A stretch of DNA of 64,000 bases from Chloroflexota bacterium (GTDB lineage Bacteria; Chloroflexota; UBA11872; VXOZ01): assembly GCA_963662335.2 (NCBI GenBank), contig CAXXVD010000001.1, positions 544,001 to 608,000 of the forward strand, written 5' to 3'. This document shows, piece after piece, positions 47,959-59,707 of this stretch (its first letter is position 1; each line of letters starts with the position of its first letter). The translations under genes were made by a program, and so were the position numbers. The notes beneath the pieces were generated by a model that did not search any database, was not told the origin of the DNA, and was given only the letters and a program-made list of their open reading frames with translations.

Positions 47959-49251
47959 CTACGCCGGTGCGGGATGAGTGGGAGCGGTGGCTGCCGCCAG
48001 GCGGTCGAAGAAGTCGGGGAAGGTCTTGGCGACGCACCCCGGATTGCCGATGGCCACGCCGGGCAGCCGCAGGCCGATGAGCGCGAAACTCATGGCGATG
48101 CGGTGGTCGTCGTGGGGGTCGATGGTAGCGCCGCGCTTCACGCCCGGCTCGATGCGCAGGCTGTCGTCGCGCTCCGTGACGGCGACGCCCAACTTGCGCA
48201 GTTCTTTCGCGGTGGCGCTAACCCGGTCGGTCTCCTGCAAGCGGGTATGGGCGATGCCGCGAATCACCGTGGGCCCGTCGGCAAAGGGCGCGAGGGCGGC
48301 CAGGGTCATGAACGTATCGGAGAGCGCGCCCATGTCCACGTCCACGCCCCGCAGTTGGCCGGGGCCGGTCACGCGCACGTAGTCGCCGCCCTTCTCCACC
48401 GCGCAGCCCATGGCCGCCAGCACGTCCACGAACGCCAGATCCCCCTGGGCGGACCCGGCGCCGAGATTCTCCACGCGCACCGTGCCGCCGGTGAGGGCCG
48501 CGGCCCCAAAGAAGTAGGAAGCGGCGGAGGCGTCCGGCTCCACGTCGTAGACGCGGGCGCGGTAGCGTTGTCCCGGCGCGACGCGGAAGCGGCGGTCGCC
48601 CTCAGACGTGGCCGTCACACCGAAATCGGCCATGCTCTTCATCGTCATCGCAATATATTGGCCGTGGATCAGCCGACCTGCCACCGTGAGGTCAAGCCCG
48701 GCGCGCATGTACGGCGCGGCCATGAGCAGGGCGCTGAAGTACTGGCTGCTCTGGTCGCCGGCCATTTGCGCAGCGCCGCCGGGCAGTCCGTTGGCCGCGA
48801 TCTCGATGGGCGGACAGCCGTTTTCAAACCGCGCCCGCGCGTTGCCGCCCAGTTGGCGCAGGCTGGCGAGCAGCGGTTCCATGGGGCGCTCCCGCATCCT
48901 GGCGGTACCGTCCACCCGGTAGCGGCCGGCGCCAAGCGCGGCCAGCGCCGTGAGAAAGCGGGCGCAGGTGCCGGAATTGCCAACGGAGAGGTCGGCGCGC
49001 GCGGCGGGAATCGCGCCGCCTTGACCCTCTACCGTGAACGTGTTGGCGGCCTCATCGGTTGCCACCGGAATGCCGAGCGTCCGCAGCGCCGCGCACATGT
49101 AGACCGTATCGTCGCTGAAGAGCGCCTGGCGCAGGGTGGAAACGCCATCGGCGAGGGCGGCGAGGATGAGCGCCCGGTTGGTGTAGCTCTTGGAGCCGGG
49201 CAGCGTCACGGTGGCGTTGACGGGGTGGTCGATGGGCGCGATGCGTTTCAT
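47959..49251 (-). CDS. aroA: EPSP synthase
   Basis: LPGSKSYTNR, GNSGT, SSQYFSALL, QETDR, DDHRIAM, KTFPDF; ATG 49251. Confidence 0.97.
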   Translation of the reverse strand: MKRIAPIDHPVNATVTLPGSKSYTNRALILAALADGVSTLRQALFSDDTVYMCAALRTLGIPVATDEAANTFTVEGQGGAIPAARADLSVGNSGTCARFLTALAALGAGRYRVDGTARMRERPMEPLLASLRQLGGNARARFENGCPPIEIAANGLPGGAAQMAGDQSSQYFSALLMAAPYMRAGLDLTVAGRLIHGQYIAMTMKSMADFGVTATSEGDRRFRVAPGQRYRARVYDVEPDASAASYFFGAAALTGGTVRVENLGAGSAQGDLAFVDVLAAMGCAVEKGGDYVRVTGPGQLRGVDVDMGALSDTFMTLAALAPFADGPTVIRGIAHTRLQETDRVSATAKELRKLGVAVTERDDSLRIEPGVKRGATIDPHDDHRIAMSFALIGLRLPGVAIGNPGCVAKTFPDFFDRLAAATAPTHPAPA

Positions 49252-49796
49252 GGCGGGGCGGCCTCTCCCAGTCCCAGACCCTGGATGACGCGGTTGAGAT
49301 AGTTGAAGAGCGCCGTTTGCGCGGCGATTTCCACGACGGCGGCGTCGCTGAAGCCCAGGCGGCGCAGCCGCGCCACGTCCGCGCGCGTGACGGACGCGGG
49401 CGCGGTGGTGAGTTGCGCCGCGTACTCCAGCATGGCGCGGTCCGCCGCCGCCAGCGGCGCGGCCCGAAAGTCCCGCAGCACCTGCGCCACCAGCGCCTCG
49501 TCCCGGGTGCGGTGCAGCAGCAGGCGCGCGTGCAGTTCCTGGCAGAGCGCGCAGCCGTTGATGGCGGAGACGACCGTGGCGATCAGTTCGCGCTGCGCGC
49601 GCGTCAGTTCGCCGGGGCCGTAGGCAATTGCCCGGTGCAGTTGGGCCAGCGGCACGATCGCCCCCGGCGCCAGGCTGTGCAGGCGCAGGAAGTCCGGCGC
49701 CCGGCTGCGCGGCCGTTCGCCGAGAAGCTGTTGGTACGCGGCGCGCAGCGCGCCTTCCGCTTCCTCCTCGCCAATTATCCGCACCCAAGCGTTCAC
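49248..49796 (-). CDS. AhpD/carboxymuconolactone-decarboxylase family peroxidase-related protein
   Basis: QRELIATVVSAINGCALCQELH (CxxC..H), FNYLNR; ATGA overlap with aroA. Confidence 0.9.
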   Translation of the reverse strand: MNAWVRIIGEEEAEGALRAAYQQLLGERPRSRAPDFLRLHSLAPGAIVPLAQLHRAIAYGPGELTRAQRELIATVVSAINGCALCQELHARLLLHRTRDEALVAQVLRDFRAAPLAAADRAMLEYAAQLTTAPASVTRADVARLRRLGFSDAAVVEIAAQTALFNYLNRVIQGLGLGEAAPP

Positions 49797-49974
49797 GTAT
49801 TCCTGCTCTCCGGAGACTGTCTCCCATTGCCGCCACCCCGGCGGATGGCGGAGTCCGGTGCCACCTTTACAACGGTCGCTGCGTTACTTTCACCGCCATG
49901 CACCCCCATCCCGGCCTTCCCCTTGAGGGGGAAGGGGCCATGCAGAATTCTCCCCGGCAACGGCTGAGTCGCGC

Positions 49975-51024
49975 TCAAGTGGCGGCGGCTTCCATCTCGG
50001 CCGTGGCGGCCGGCACTTCCCGCCCCACGGCGGCGGCCACTTTGCGCACGGCGTCCATGATGTCGAAGAAGCGCGCGGGCGTCACGCTCTGCGCGCCGTC
50101 CGAGAGGGCTTGCTCCGGATTCGGGTGCACCTCGATCATCAGGCCGTCGGCCCCGGCGGCCACTGCGGCCAGCGCCATCGGCTTCACCAACTCCCACGTG
50201 CCGGTCGCGTGGCTGGGATCGATGATCACCGGCAGGTGCGATTGTTCTTTCACCACGGGAATCGCGCTCAGGTCCAGCGTGTTGCGGGTAGCGGTCTCGA
50301 ACGTGCGGATGCCCCGCTCGCACAGGATGACGCGCATGTTGCCCGCGGCCATGATGTACTCGGCGGACATGAGCCAGTCTTCGATAGTCGCCGACATGCC
50401 CCGCTTGAGCATCACCGGCTTGTCCGTGGCGCCCACCTCCCGCAGGAGCGTGAAGTTCTGCATGTTGCGGGCGCCAATCTGCAAGACGTCCACGTATTCG
50501 GCAACCAGCGCGACCCGGCGGGGGTCCATGACCTCGGTGACCAGCGGCAGACCCGTGGCGTCGGAGGCGATGCGCAGCAGTTCCAGCCCCTGGACGCCCA
50601 TGCCCTGGAAGCTGTAGGGCGAGGTGCGCGGCTTGTACGCGCCGCCGCGCAGCGCGTGCCCGCCGGCCTGCTTCACGGCCTCTGCGGTAGCGACGATTTG
50701 CTCCTCGCTCTCCACGCTGCACGGCCCGCCAATTACGCCGATCTCATTGCCGCCGAGCGTCGCGTTGCCGATCTGGATGAGGGTATCGCCGCCGCCCTCG
50801 GCGCGGGCCGCGAACTTGTAGGGCTTGTCCACGGGTACCACCATTTCAACTCCCGACATGCCTTGCACCTGTTCCAATATGCCGGGCGGCCGCGTGCCGA
50901 TGAGCCCGATCACGGTCTTGTTGACGCCTTGGCTCGCCGTTGACTGCACGCCGCTGTCCTCAATCCGTTGCCGGACAGCGGCTATCTGTTCCGGCGTGGC
51001 GTCGGTGCGCATTATGACTATCAC
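49975..51024 (-). CDS. aroF: DAHP synthase type I-beta with N-terminal ACT-like regulatory domain
   Basis: [41 protein letters not shown]; GTG 51024 after AGAGGAG. Confidence 0.96.
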   Translation of the reverse strand: MIVIMRTDATPEQIAAVRQRIEDSGVQSTASQGVNKTVIGLIGTRPPGILEQVQGMSGVEMVVPVDKPYKFAARAEGGGDTLIQIGNATLGGNEIGVIGGPCSVESEEQIVATAEAVKQAGGHALRGGAYKPRTSPYSFQGMGVQGLELLRIASDATGLPLVTEVMDPRRVALVAEYVDVLQIGARNMQNFTLLREVGATDKPVMLKRGMSATIEDWLMSAEYIMAAGNMRVILCERGIRTFETATRNTLDLSAIPVVKEQSHLPVIIDPSHATGTWELVKPMALAAVAAGADGLMIEVHPNPEQALSDGAQSVTPARFFDIMDAVRKVAAAVGREVPAATAEMEAAAT

Positions 51025-51156
51025 GTTCTTTCTCCTCTTTTCCCAAGCTACGGTTGCGCCGTGGCGCTTCGTGGCTGCTGCTGTTGGCTGTACGCTGAAC
51101 TCGGTCTGCTGAATCTTCCGGCCTGCGGTCGTGCGGTACGCTTGCCTCCTCTTCAC

Positions 51157-51192
51157 AAAAGAAAAAGCAGAAAGCGTTTGTCACTTTCTGCT
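51157..51192 (-). terminator. Intrinsic terminator (attenuator) in the aroF leader
   Basis: Minus strand AGCAGAAAGTG-acaaa-CGCTTTCTGCT followed by TTTTCTTTT. Confidence 0.88.
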
Positions 51193-51248
51193 ATCGCCGG
51201 AGGGTGTTGTCTGCGCTCGCGTCGTTCGTCGGGACACGACGCATCTGC

Positions 51249-51308
51249 CTAAGCCGGACCCTCCGGCTCAATAAACAGATAATAGTACGCGAAAGCGCTG
51301 TGTAACAC
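51249..51308 (-). CDS. Phe/Tyr-rich leader peptide MLHSAFAYYYLFIEPEGPA
   Basis: GTG start preceded by AGGGAAA; 5 Phe/Tyr codons in a 7-codon span; sits between promoter and terminator. Confidence 0.82.
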   Translation of the reverse strand: MLHSAFAYYYLFIEPEGPA

Positions 51309-51364
51309 CCGCTATTTCCCTGATCTGCGCTGCCGTGCCGGCAGCGGTGCGTGAAACTGACGGA

Positions 51365-51394
51365 ATGGTAGCAAAGGCCGTGGGGATGTGTCAA
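51365..51394 (-). promoter_or_regulatory. Sigma70-type promoter of the aro operon
   Basis: TTGACA-N18-TACCAT with extended TGn. Confidence 0.72.
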
Positions 51395-51445
51395 ATGCGG
51401 GCCGTCCGCGCCTGTCCTTGCGATGAAAGGAGCGCGGCGGCCTCC

Positions 51446-51552
51446 GTCATTCCCGCGAAAGCGGGAATCCATCTAGAGTGCCCGCGAAGATGGATTCCCG
51501 CTTTCGCGGGAATGACGGTCGGAAGGCCGCGCAGGTTGCAAACCTGCGCTAC
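51446..51552. repeat. Family-A REP doublet (51446-51516) plus family D (51530-51552)
   Basis: GTCATTCCCGCGAAAGCGGGAATCCA...TGGATTCCCGCTTTCGCGGGAATGAC. Confidence 0.85.
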
Positions 51553-51588
51553 CGGAATCGCACCCGGCGCACCAGACGTTGCCCGCCG

Positions 51589-52215
51589 TTAGGGAGTTGG
51601 GCCGGGCAGGAGCCAGCGAGAGAGGTTGGGCGCGGCGTCGGCGCACGGTTGCAGCAGCAGGTCGCGCCGCAGGTGGGATCTGCCGCCCGCGGGTTCGCTA
51701 TCGCCGCCCCGCACGGCCAGGCAGAGGCCGGTATCCTGGGCGCGGATTTCCCCGTCGGCGCTAAAGGCGAAGCGCTGGCTGGGCGCGTCCGAGCACGCGC
51801 GGACGTAGAGCACGCCGTCGCCCGCCTCCAGGCACACGTCGTAGGCGTCCATGTAGAACTGGCCCGGCGCGGGATGGTTGAAGATGAAGAGTTCGTCGTC
51901 GGCGCGCGGCTTGCACGTGTGGGCCTGCAGGGGGCTATTCAGATTGAGATTATTGCCAAAGCCGGCCACGTCCACGCAGTAGTATTCCGGCTCGTCCAGC
52001 GGGTCTTGCAGCATGATGAGGCTCTCGGCGGCGGGCGTGGGGACCACGTCCGCTGGCGCGGGCGAGGCGGCCGCGGTCGGTTCCGGCGCGGGAGTGGACT
52101 GCGCCGCCGCCGTCGGCTCCGGCGTGGTCGCGGCCGCCGTCTCGGAATCTGCCGGGGACGCGCAGCCGCTCACAGCCAGCAAAGCCGCGAATAGGATCAT
52201 CCAACGAAGGGTCAT
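51589..52215 (-). CDS. Lipoprotein with Pro/Thr/Ala linker and ricin-B-type beta-trefoil domain
   Basis: VSGC lipobox; YCVDV..QAHTCK, VCLEA..RACSD..QRF, LCLAV..QPCAD..RW. Confidence 0.75.
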   Translation of the reverse strand: MTLRWMILFAALLAVSGCASPADSETAAATTPEPTAAAQSTPAPEPTAAASPAPADVVPTPAAESLIMLQDPLDEPEYYCVDVAGFGNNLNLNSPLQAHTCKPRADDELFIFNHPAPGQFYMDAYDVCLEAGDGVLYVRACSDAPSQRFAFSADGEIRAQDTGLCLAVRGGDSEPAGGRSHLRRDLLLQPCADAAPNLSRWLLPGPTP

Positions 52216-52764
52216 AGTGCCCTCGTGCCCACACGCACTGCTCATGGGTTTACTCTGTCGCTATTCTACACCACGCACGAGGAATCGGTTAGCGCACCGG
52301 AGACGGCTGTACAAGCCCCCGCGCGTCATCCGCGCGGTCTCCGCGCGGCGCCATTGTGTCCGCCGCGTAAGCGTTGTGTGAACGTTTGATGAACGACCGG
52401 CGCGCGGCCCGGCGCGCCCAGGAAGCCGCGCAGCGCCTTATATGCCGCCAGACCGCGCCGTTGACGGCGGTTTGGAACCGCTGCGGCGCGCTCGCGCCGA
52501 TCCCAGTCATAGCGCCAATTCCCCGCTTCTTTATCCGATTGTTAACGCGCGCCGGCGGCGCGTTGACCCCTTTAAGGTCCCCGTGTTAATTTTCGCACTG
52601 TTGAGTGAAATCGCTCTGTGCCGCGCCGGGCCGCAATCGCGTACGCTTGCGCTGGCCGGACGCCGCACGACCCACGGCGCAAAGAGGGCCAGTCGCGCCG
52701 TGACCGGCGGCCCGGGTGCGCGGAACGGAGCTCTGTCGCAGTGAGCGCCATAGGGAGGATTGCA

Positions 52765-53790
<1,026 letters not shown>

Positions 53791-53842
53791 GGGACAACGA
53801 CGCCAGGAAGCTGGCGACGCAGCACTGAAAAGAGGAAACGCG

Positions 53843-54784
53843 ATGGCTGAGGACGTATCTCCGTTCTCGCGCTATCCCTCGCGCAACGACATGACCAGGC
53901 GGGCGAGCCGCAACGTGAAAGAGGAAGCGATTCACTATGCGCTTCTGGCTACGGCAACGCTCTCGATCGTCACCACCGTCGGCATTCTCGTTTCGCTCAT
54001 GGGCGAAACGCTGTTCTTCTTCAGCGAAGTGTCGATTGTCGAGTTTCTCACCCAAACCGAGTGGACACCGCTCTTTGCCATCAAGAAGTTCGGCATCTGG
54101 CCGCTGGTGACGGCCACGGCGCTGGTGGCTTTCATCGCGCTGGCGGTGGCCATTCCCGCCGGCCTGCTCATTGCCATCTACCTCAGCGAATTTGCCAGTC
54201 CCCGCGCGCGGGACGTCATCAAGCCGGTGCTGGAAGTGCTGGCCGGCGTGCCTACCGTAGTCTACGGCTATTTTGCCCTTACGTTGGTTACGCCCATTCT
54301 GCAAGAGTTCATTCCCGGCATGAGAATCTTCAACGGCTTGAGCGCGGGGTTGGTCATGGGCATCATGATCGTGCCCATGGTCGCCTCGCTGAGCGAGGAC
54401 GCCATCGGCGCGGTGCCCCAGGCCCTGCGCGAAGGAGCGTACGGCCTGGGCGCGACGCGCTTCGAGGTGGCGCTGCAAGTGGTGCTGCCGGCGGCGCTCT
54501 CCGGCATCGTGGCGTCGGCGGTGCTGGCGCTCTCGCGGGCCGTGGGCGAGACCATGATCGTCTCGATCGCGGCGGGCCAAAACCCGACCTTCACCCTGGA
54601 CCCCCGCGTGCCGATCGAGACCATGACGGCCTACATCGTGCAGGTGAGTTTGGGCGATACGCCCTTTGCCTCGCTGGAGTACCGCACGATCTTCGCCGTA
54701 GGCGCCATGCTCTTCTTCTTGACCTTTGCCATGAACATCTTCGCGCACTGGTTCGTCCGCCGCTTCCGGGAGGAATACGACTAA
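53843..54784 (+). CDS. pstC: Phosphate ABC transporter permease
   Basis: [35 protein letters not shown]. Confidence 0.96.
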   Translation: MAEDVSPFSRYPSRNDMTRRASRNVKEEAIHYALLATATLSIVTTVGILVSLMGETLFFFSEVSIVEFLTQTEWTPLFAIKKFGIWPLVTATALVAFIALAVAIPAGLLIAIYLSEFASPRARDVIKPVLEVLAGVPTVVYGYFALTLVTPILQEFIPGMRIFNGLSAGLVMGIMIVPMVASLSEDAIGAVPQALREGAYGLGATRFEVALQVVLPAALSGIVASAVLALSRAVGETMIVSIAAGQNPTFTLDPRVPIETMTAYIVQVSLGDTPFASLEYRTIFAVGAMLFFLTFAMNIFAHWFVRRFREEYD

Positions 54785-55681
<897 letters not shown>

Positions 55682-55703
55682 CCTGCGAGAGGAAATTAGC
55701 CAT

Positions 55704-56573
<870 letters not shown>

Positions 56574-56577
56574 GTCT

Positions 56578-56768
56578 CCCCTCACCCTAACCCTCTCCCA
56601 GCGGGAGAGGGGACAAGACCGGCCGCCCTAGATATATAGCTGTAAAAGTGCCTCTGGATTCCGGCTTTCGCCGGAATGACGGATTTACGCAAAGGTCTCC
56701 CTGGGGAGAGGGCCGGGGTGAGGGGGCAACTCTGCCGCATTAACGTAGCGCGGGGGCTTGTCCCCCGC
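56578..56768. repeat. REP mosaic between convergent genes: E, A half (56655-56680), TIR-like end (56685-56699), E and C (56744-56768)
   Basis: Direct motif matches. Confidence 0.8.
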
Positions 56769-56792
56769 CGGCGCACGAAGCTCGAACACCGC

Positions 56793-57779
56793 TTAGGACT
56801 GCGCCAGGCCATCCACCAGCGCCACGATTGCCTTGCCCAGGCCCTCCAGGTCGTAGCCGCCCTCCTGCACCGCGAGGATTGGCACGCCGAGCGCGGCCAG
56901 CGCTTCGCCAATCGCCTGGTAGCACTCGTCGGTGAGCGAGAACGCGCCGACGGGATCGCCGGCGCGGGTGTCGAAGCCGCTGGAGAGGACGAGGTACGCG
57001 GGCGCGTACCAGGCAATCTTCTCCAGCGCCTGCGCGAACGCCGCCAGGTACGCCTCGTTCCCGGTGAACATGGGCAAGGCCAGGTTGAGCGTATAGCCCG
57101 CGCCCGCGCCGGCGCCGGTCTCCTCCGGCCAGCCGCTGAAGCGCGGATACGCCCAGGCGGGATGGCCGTGCAGGCTGACGTAGAGCGCCTCGTCGGTTTC
57201 GTAGAAGATTTCCTGCGTGCCGTTGCCGTGGTGAAAGTCTATGTCCAGCACCGCCACCCGGCCGTGGGCCTTGAGCGTGTGGGCGGCCACCGCCGCGTGG
57301 TTGAGGTAGCAATAGCCGCCGTACTTGTAGCGGCCCGCGTGGTGTCCCGGCGGCCGTTCCAGAGCGTAGACGCGCGCTGCTCCTTCGCGCAGCAGTTCCG
57401 CGCCGGTGAGCGCCACGCACGACGCCAGCCACGCCTGCGCCAGCGTATTGCCCGCCAGCGGCGTATCCGGGCTGATGGTGTAGGGAGTTTCCAGCACCGA
57501 CTCGCCGTCGGTCCGCGCCAGGCGGCGGGTGGTTGTCTCCAGAAATTCGATGAGACTGGCGTCGTGCACCGCGGCGGCCGCGTCGAACGGATACTCGCGC
57601 GGCTCGACGAAACTGGCGGCGTGTCCGGCCTGGCGCAGGGCGTCGGCCATTACCTCCACGCGCTCAGGGACTTCCGGGTGAGCCACCACGATGTTGCGCG
57701 ATAGCTCGATGCGCGGCGCGTGGGGTTGGTGGCGCGGCGTGTATACGATGGGCAGCGTGCGCGGGGCGGTGGTCGGCAT
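56793..57779 (-). CDS. Histone-deacetylase family amidohydrolase (acetylpolyamine amidohydrolase-like)
   Basis: RPPGHHA, GGYCYLN, DIDFHHGNGTQ, GFD, QEGGY. Confidence 0.93.
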   Translation of the reverse strand: MPTTAPRTLPIVYTPRHQPHAPRIELSRNIVVAHPEVPERVEVMADALRQAGHAASFVEPREYPFDAAAAVHDASLIEFLETTTRRLARTDGESVLETPYTISPDTPLAGNTLAQAWLASCVALTGAELLREGAARVYALERPPGHHAGRYKYGGYCYLNHAAVAAHTLKAHGRVAVLDIDFHHGNGTQEIFYETDEALYVSLHGHPAWAYPRFSGWPEETGAGAGAGYTLNLALPMFTGNEAYLAAFAQALEKIAWYAPAYLVLSSGFDTRAGDPVGAFSLTDECYQAIGEALAALGVPILAVQEGGYDLEGLGKAIVALVDGLAQS

Positions 57780-57803
57780 AGGTAGCGTTTCTCTTGGCGC
57801 GAG

Positions 57804-59093
57804 CTAGGATGAGCCGACCGCGTACGGGCGCAGCGCCGGCCAGTACTTGCGCGGCAGCGTGCCTTCGATCACGGTGCCGTCGGCGCGGTGCTGCTCGCGG
57901 CGGATGCGGCCTCGCTGGTGGAAGAGGCTGACCAAGCGCCCCTCGGCATAGGGAATGCGCACGCGCACGTCAACCGAAAGCTGCGCGTCCAGCGTGCGCG
58001 CCACCGTAGCGAGCAGAGCATCCAGGCCGTCGCCGTCGCGGGCGGAGATGAGGACGGGATTAGGGTAGTCCGCCGGATTTGGCGCGAGACCCTCCAGCCG
58101 GTCGATCTTATTGAGGGCCGTGATGATCGGTTTGTCGTCGATGCCCAGGTCGGCCAGGGTCTCATAGACCGCCGCCGCCTGGCGTTCGCACTGGGGATGG
58201 CTGACATCCACCACGTGCAGCAGCACGTCGGCGGCGTGGATTTCCTCCAACGTGGCGCGAAAGGCCGCGATGAGCGTGGGCGGCAGGTGGCGGATGAAGC
58301 CCACGGTGTCGCTGAAGACCGCCTCCAGGCCGTTGGGCAGCTTGACGCGCCGGGTGGTGGGGTCCAGCGTGGCAAAGAGCTTATCCTCCGCCAGCACGCC
58401 GGCTTGCGTCAGGGCGTTGAGCAGCGTGCTCTTGCCGGAGTTGGTATAGCCCACCAGGGAAATCACCGGCACGTCGTTGCCGGTGCGCCGGGCGCGTTGG
58501 CGGGCGCGGCGGGCGCGCACCGCGTCCAGCCGCTCCCCCAGGTGCGCGAGCCGCTGGCGGATGAGCCGCCGGTCGGCCTCGATCTGCGTTTCGCCGGGGC
58601 CGCGGGTGCCGATGCCGCCGCCCAGGCGCGAGAATTTCACCCAGAGCGTGGAGAGGCGCGGCAGCAAGTACGTCAGTTGCGCCATTTCGACTTGCAACTT
58701 GCCCTCGGTGGTCTGCGCGCGGGTGGCGAAGATGTCCAGAATCAGCGCCGTGCGGTCGAGCACCTTGACGTCAAGCTGCTCTTCCAGGTTGCGCTGCTGG
58801 CTGGGTGTGAGGTCGTTGTCGAAGATGGCCAGGTCGTAGGCCTGCTCGCGCCGCAGCGCCTTTAGCTCCTCCACCTTGCCCTTGCCGATGTAAGTGGCGG
58901 TGTCCGGTTTGCGCCGCCGCTGGGAGCGCGTCTCCACCACGAGCGCGCCGGCCGTCCGCGCCAGGCTGGCGAGTTCCGCCAACGACTCCTCAACCGGCCA
59001 TTGCTCGGCAGCGCCGCCCAGCGCGACGCAGACCAGCACCGCGCGTTCCGTCCCGCGCCGGGGATCAATGCCGTGTTGTGCGAAATCGAGCAC
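57804..59093 (-). CDS. hflX: Ribosome-splitting GTPase HflX
   Basis: [41 protein letters not shown]. Confidence 0.98.
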   Translation of the reverse strand: MLDFAQHGIDPRRGTERAVLVCVALGGAAEQWPVEESLAELASLARTAGALVVETRSQRRRKPDTATYIGKGKVEELKALRREQAYDLAIFDNDLTPSQQRNLEEQLDVKVLDRTALILDIFATRAQTTEGKLQVEMAQLTYLLPRLSTLWVKFSRLGGGIGTRGPGETQIEADRRLIRQRLAHLGERLDAVRARRARQRARRTGNDVPVISLVGYTNSGKSTLLNALTQAGVLAEDKLFATLDPTTRRVKLPNGLEAVFSDTVGFIRHLPPTLIAAFRATLEEIHAADVLLHVVDVSHPQCERQAAAVYETLADLGIDDKPIITALNKIDRLEGLAPNPADYPNPVLISARDGDGLDALLATVARTLDAQLSVDVRVRIPYAEGRLVSLFHQRGRIRREQHRADGTVIEGTLPRKYWPALRPYAVGSS

Positions 59094-59276
59094 GAATCCT
59101 GCCTCGCCTACTACCTGCGTATGCCCACGCTACGCGGGCGCACCCATTGTACCACAGGGATTGCGCCCATTGAGCGGTTAAACTTTGGGGCGTCATGCGG
59201 CTGCGGCGCGTGCGGCGCCGCGAGGCGCAAGTCCACAGCCGAGGTGCGGCACTTAATGTCCCCTGAGCGCGAAGAA

Positions 59277-59590
59277 GCGGGGGACAAGCCCCCGCGCTAC
59301 GGCTGCTGAGCGAGAAGTGATTGCGAGGCTTCCGCTTGGGACGAAATGAAGAGACACCCGGGTGTCTTGCTTTGTCAGGTGAGAGGTTGCAGCGGAGCCT
59401 GTCTCATTCGCGTTAACAGTATACCACCTTGACGGCAGACTCACATTTCTAAGCCTAAATCACCCTCTCTGGGGGGAAAATCTTGCGCACTGCGCCAAGT
59501 TGCTATACTTGCCGCTTGGCCAAGCGCGCGCTCACCCGACGCACGGCCAAATCACGTCAACACGCCGTAGCGCGGGGGCTTGTCTCCCGC
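59277..59590. repeat. Two inverted family-C REPs (59277-59301, 59566-59590) bracketing about 265 bp of unique sequence
   Basis: ..CCCCCGCGCTACG ... CGTAGCGCGGGGG.. Confidence 0.7.
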
Positions 59591-59707
59591 CTCTTGGCGC
59601 AACCAGGCAGACACGCACTCGGACAGGACGCCGTACCTCGCCGCCGTCCTGGGCGGCAGCGCCTTTTGGCTAAGGCGGGAACAACCGCATCCACTAGAGG
59701 AGGAAGC

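Noticed and set aside
49248-49796. Selenocysteine recoding in the AhpD-like gene
   Set aside because: CxxC is encoded by ordinary Cys codons and there is no in-frame TGA.
52525-52600. Pho boxes upstream of pstS
   Set aside because: TTAAC/TTGAC/TTAAT motifs are present but not on a clean 11-nt register; too weak to call.
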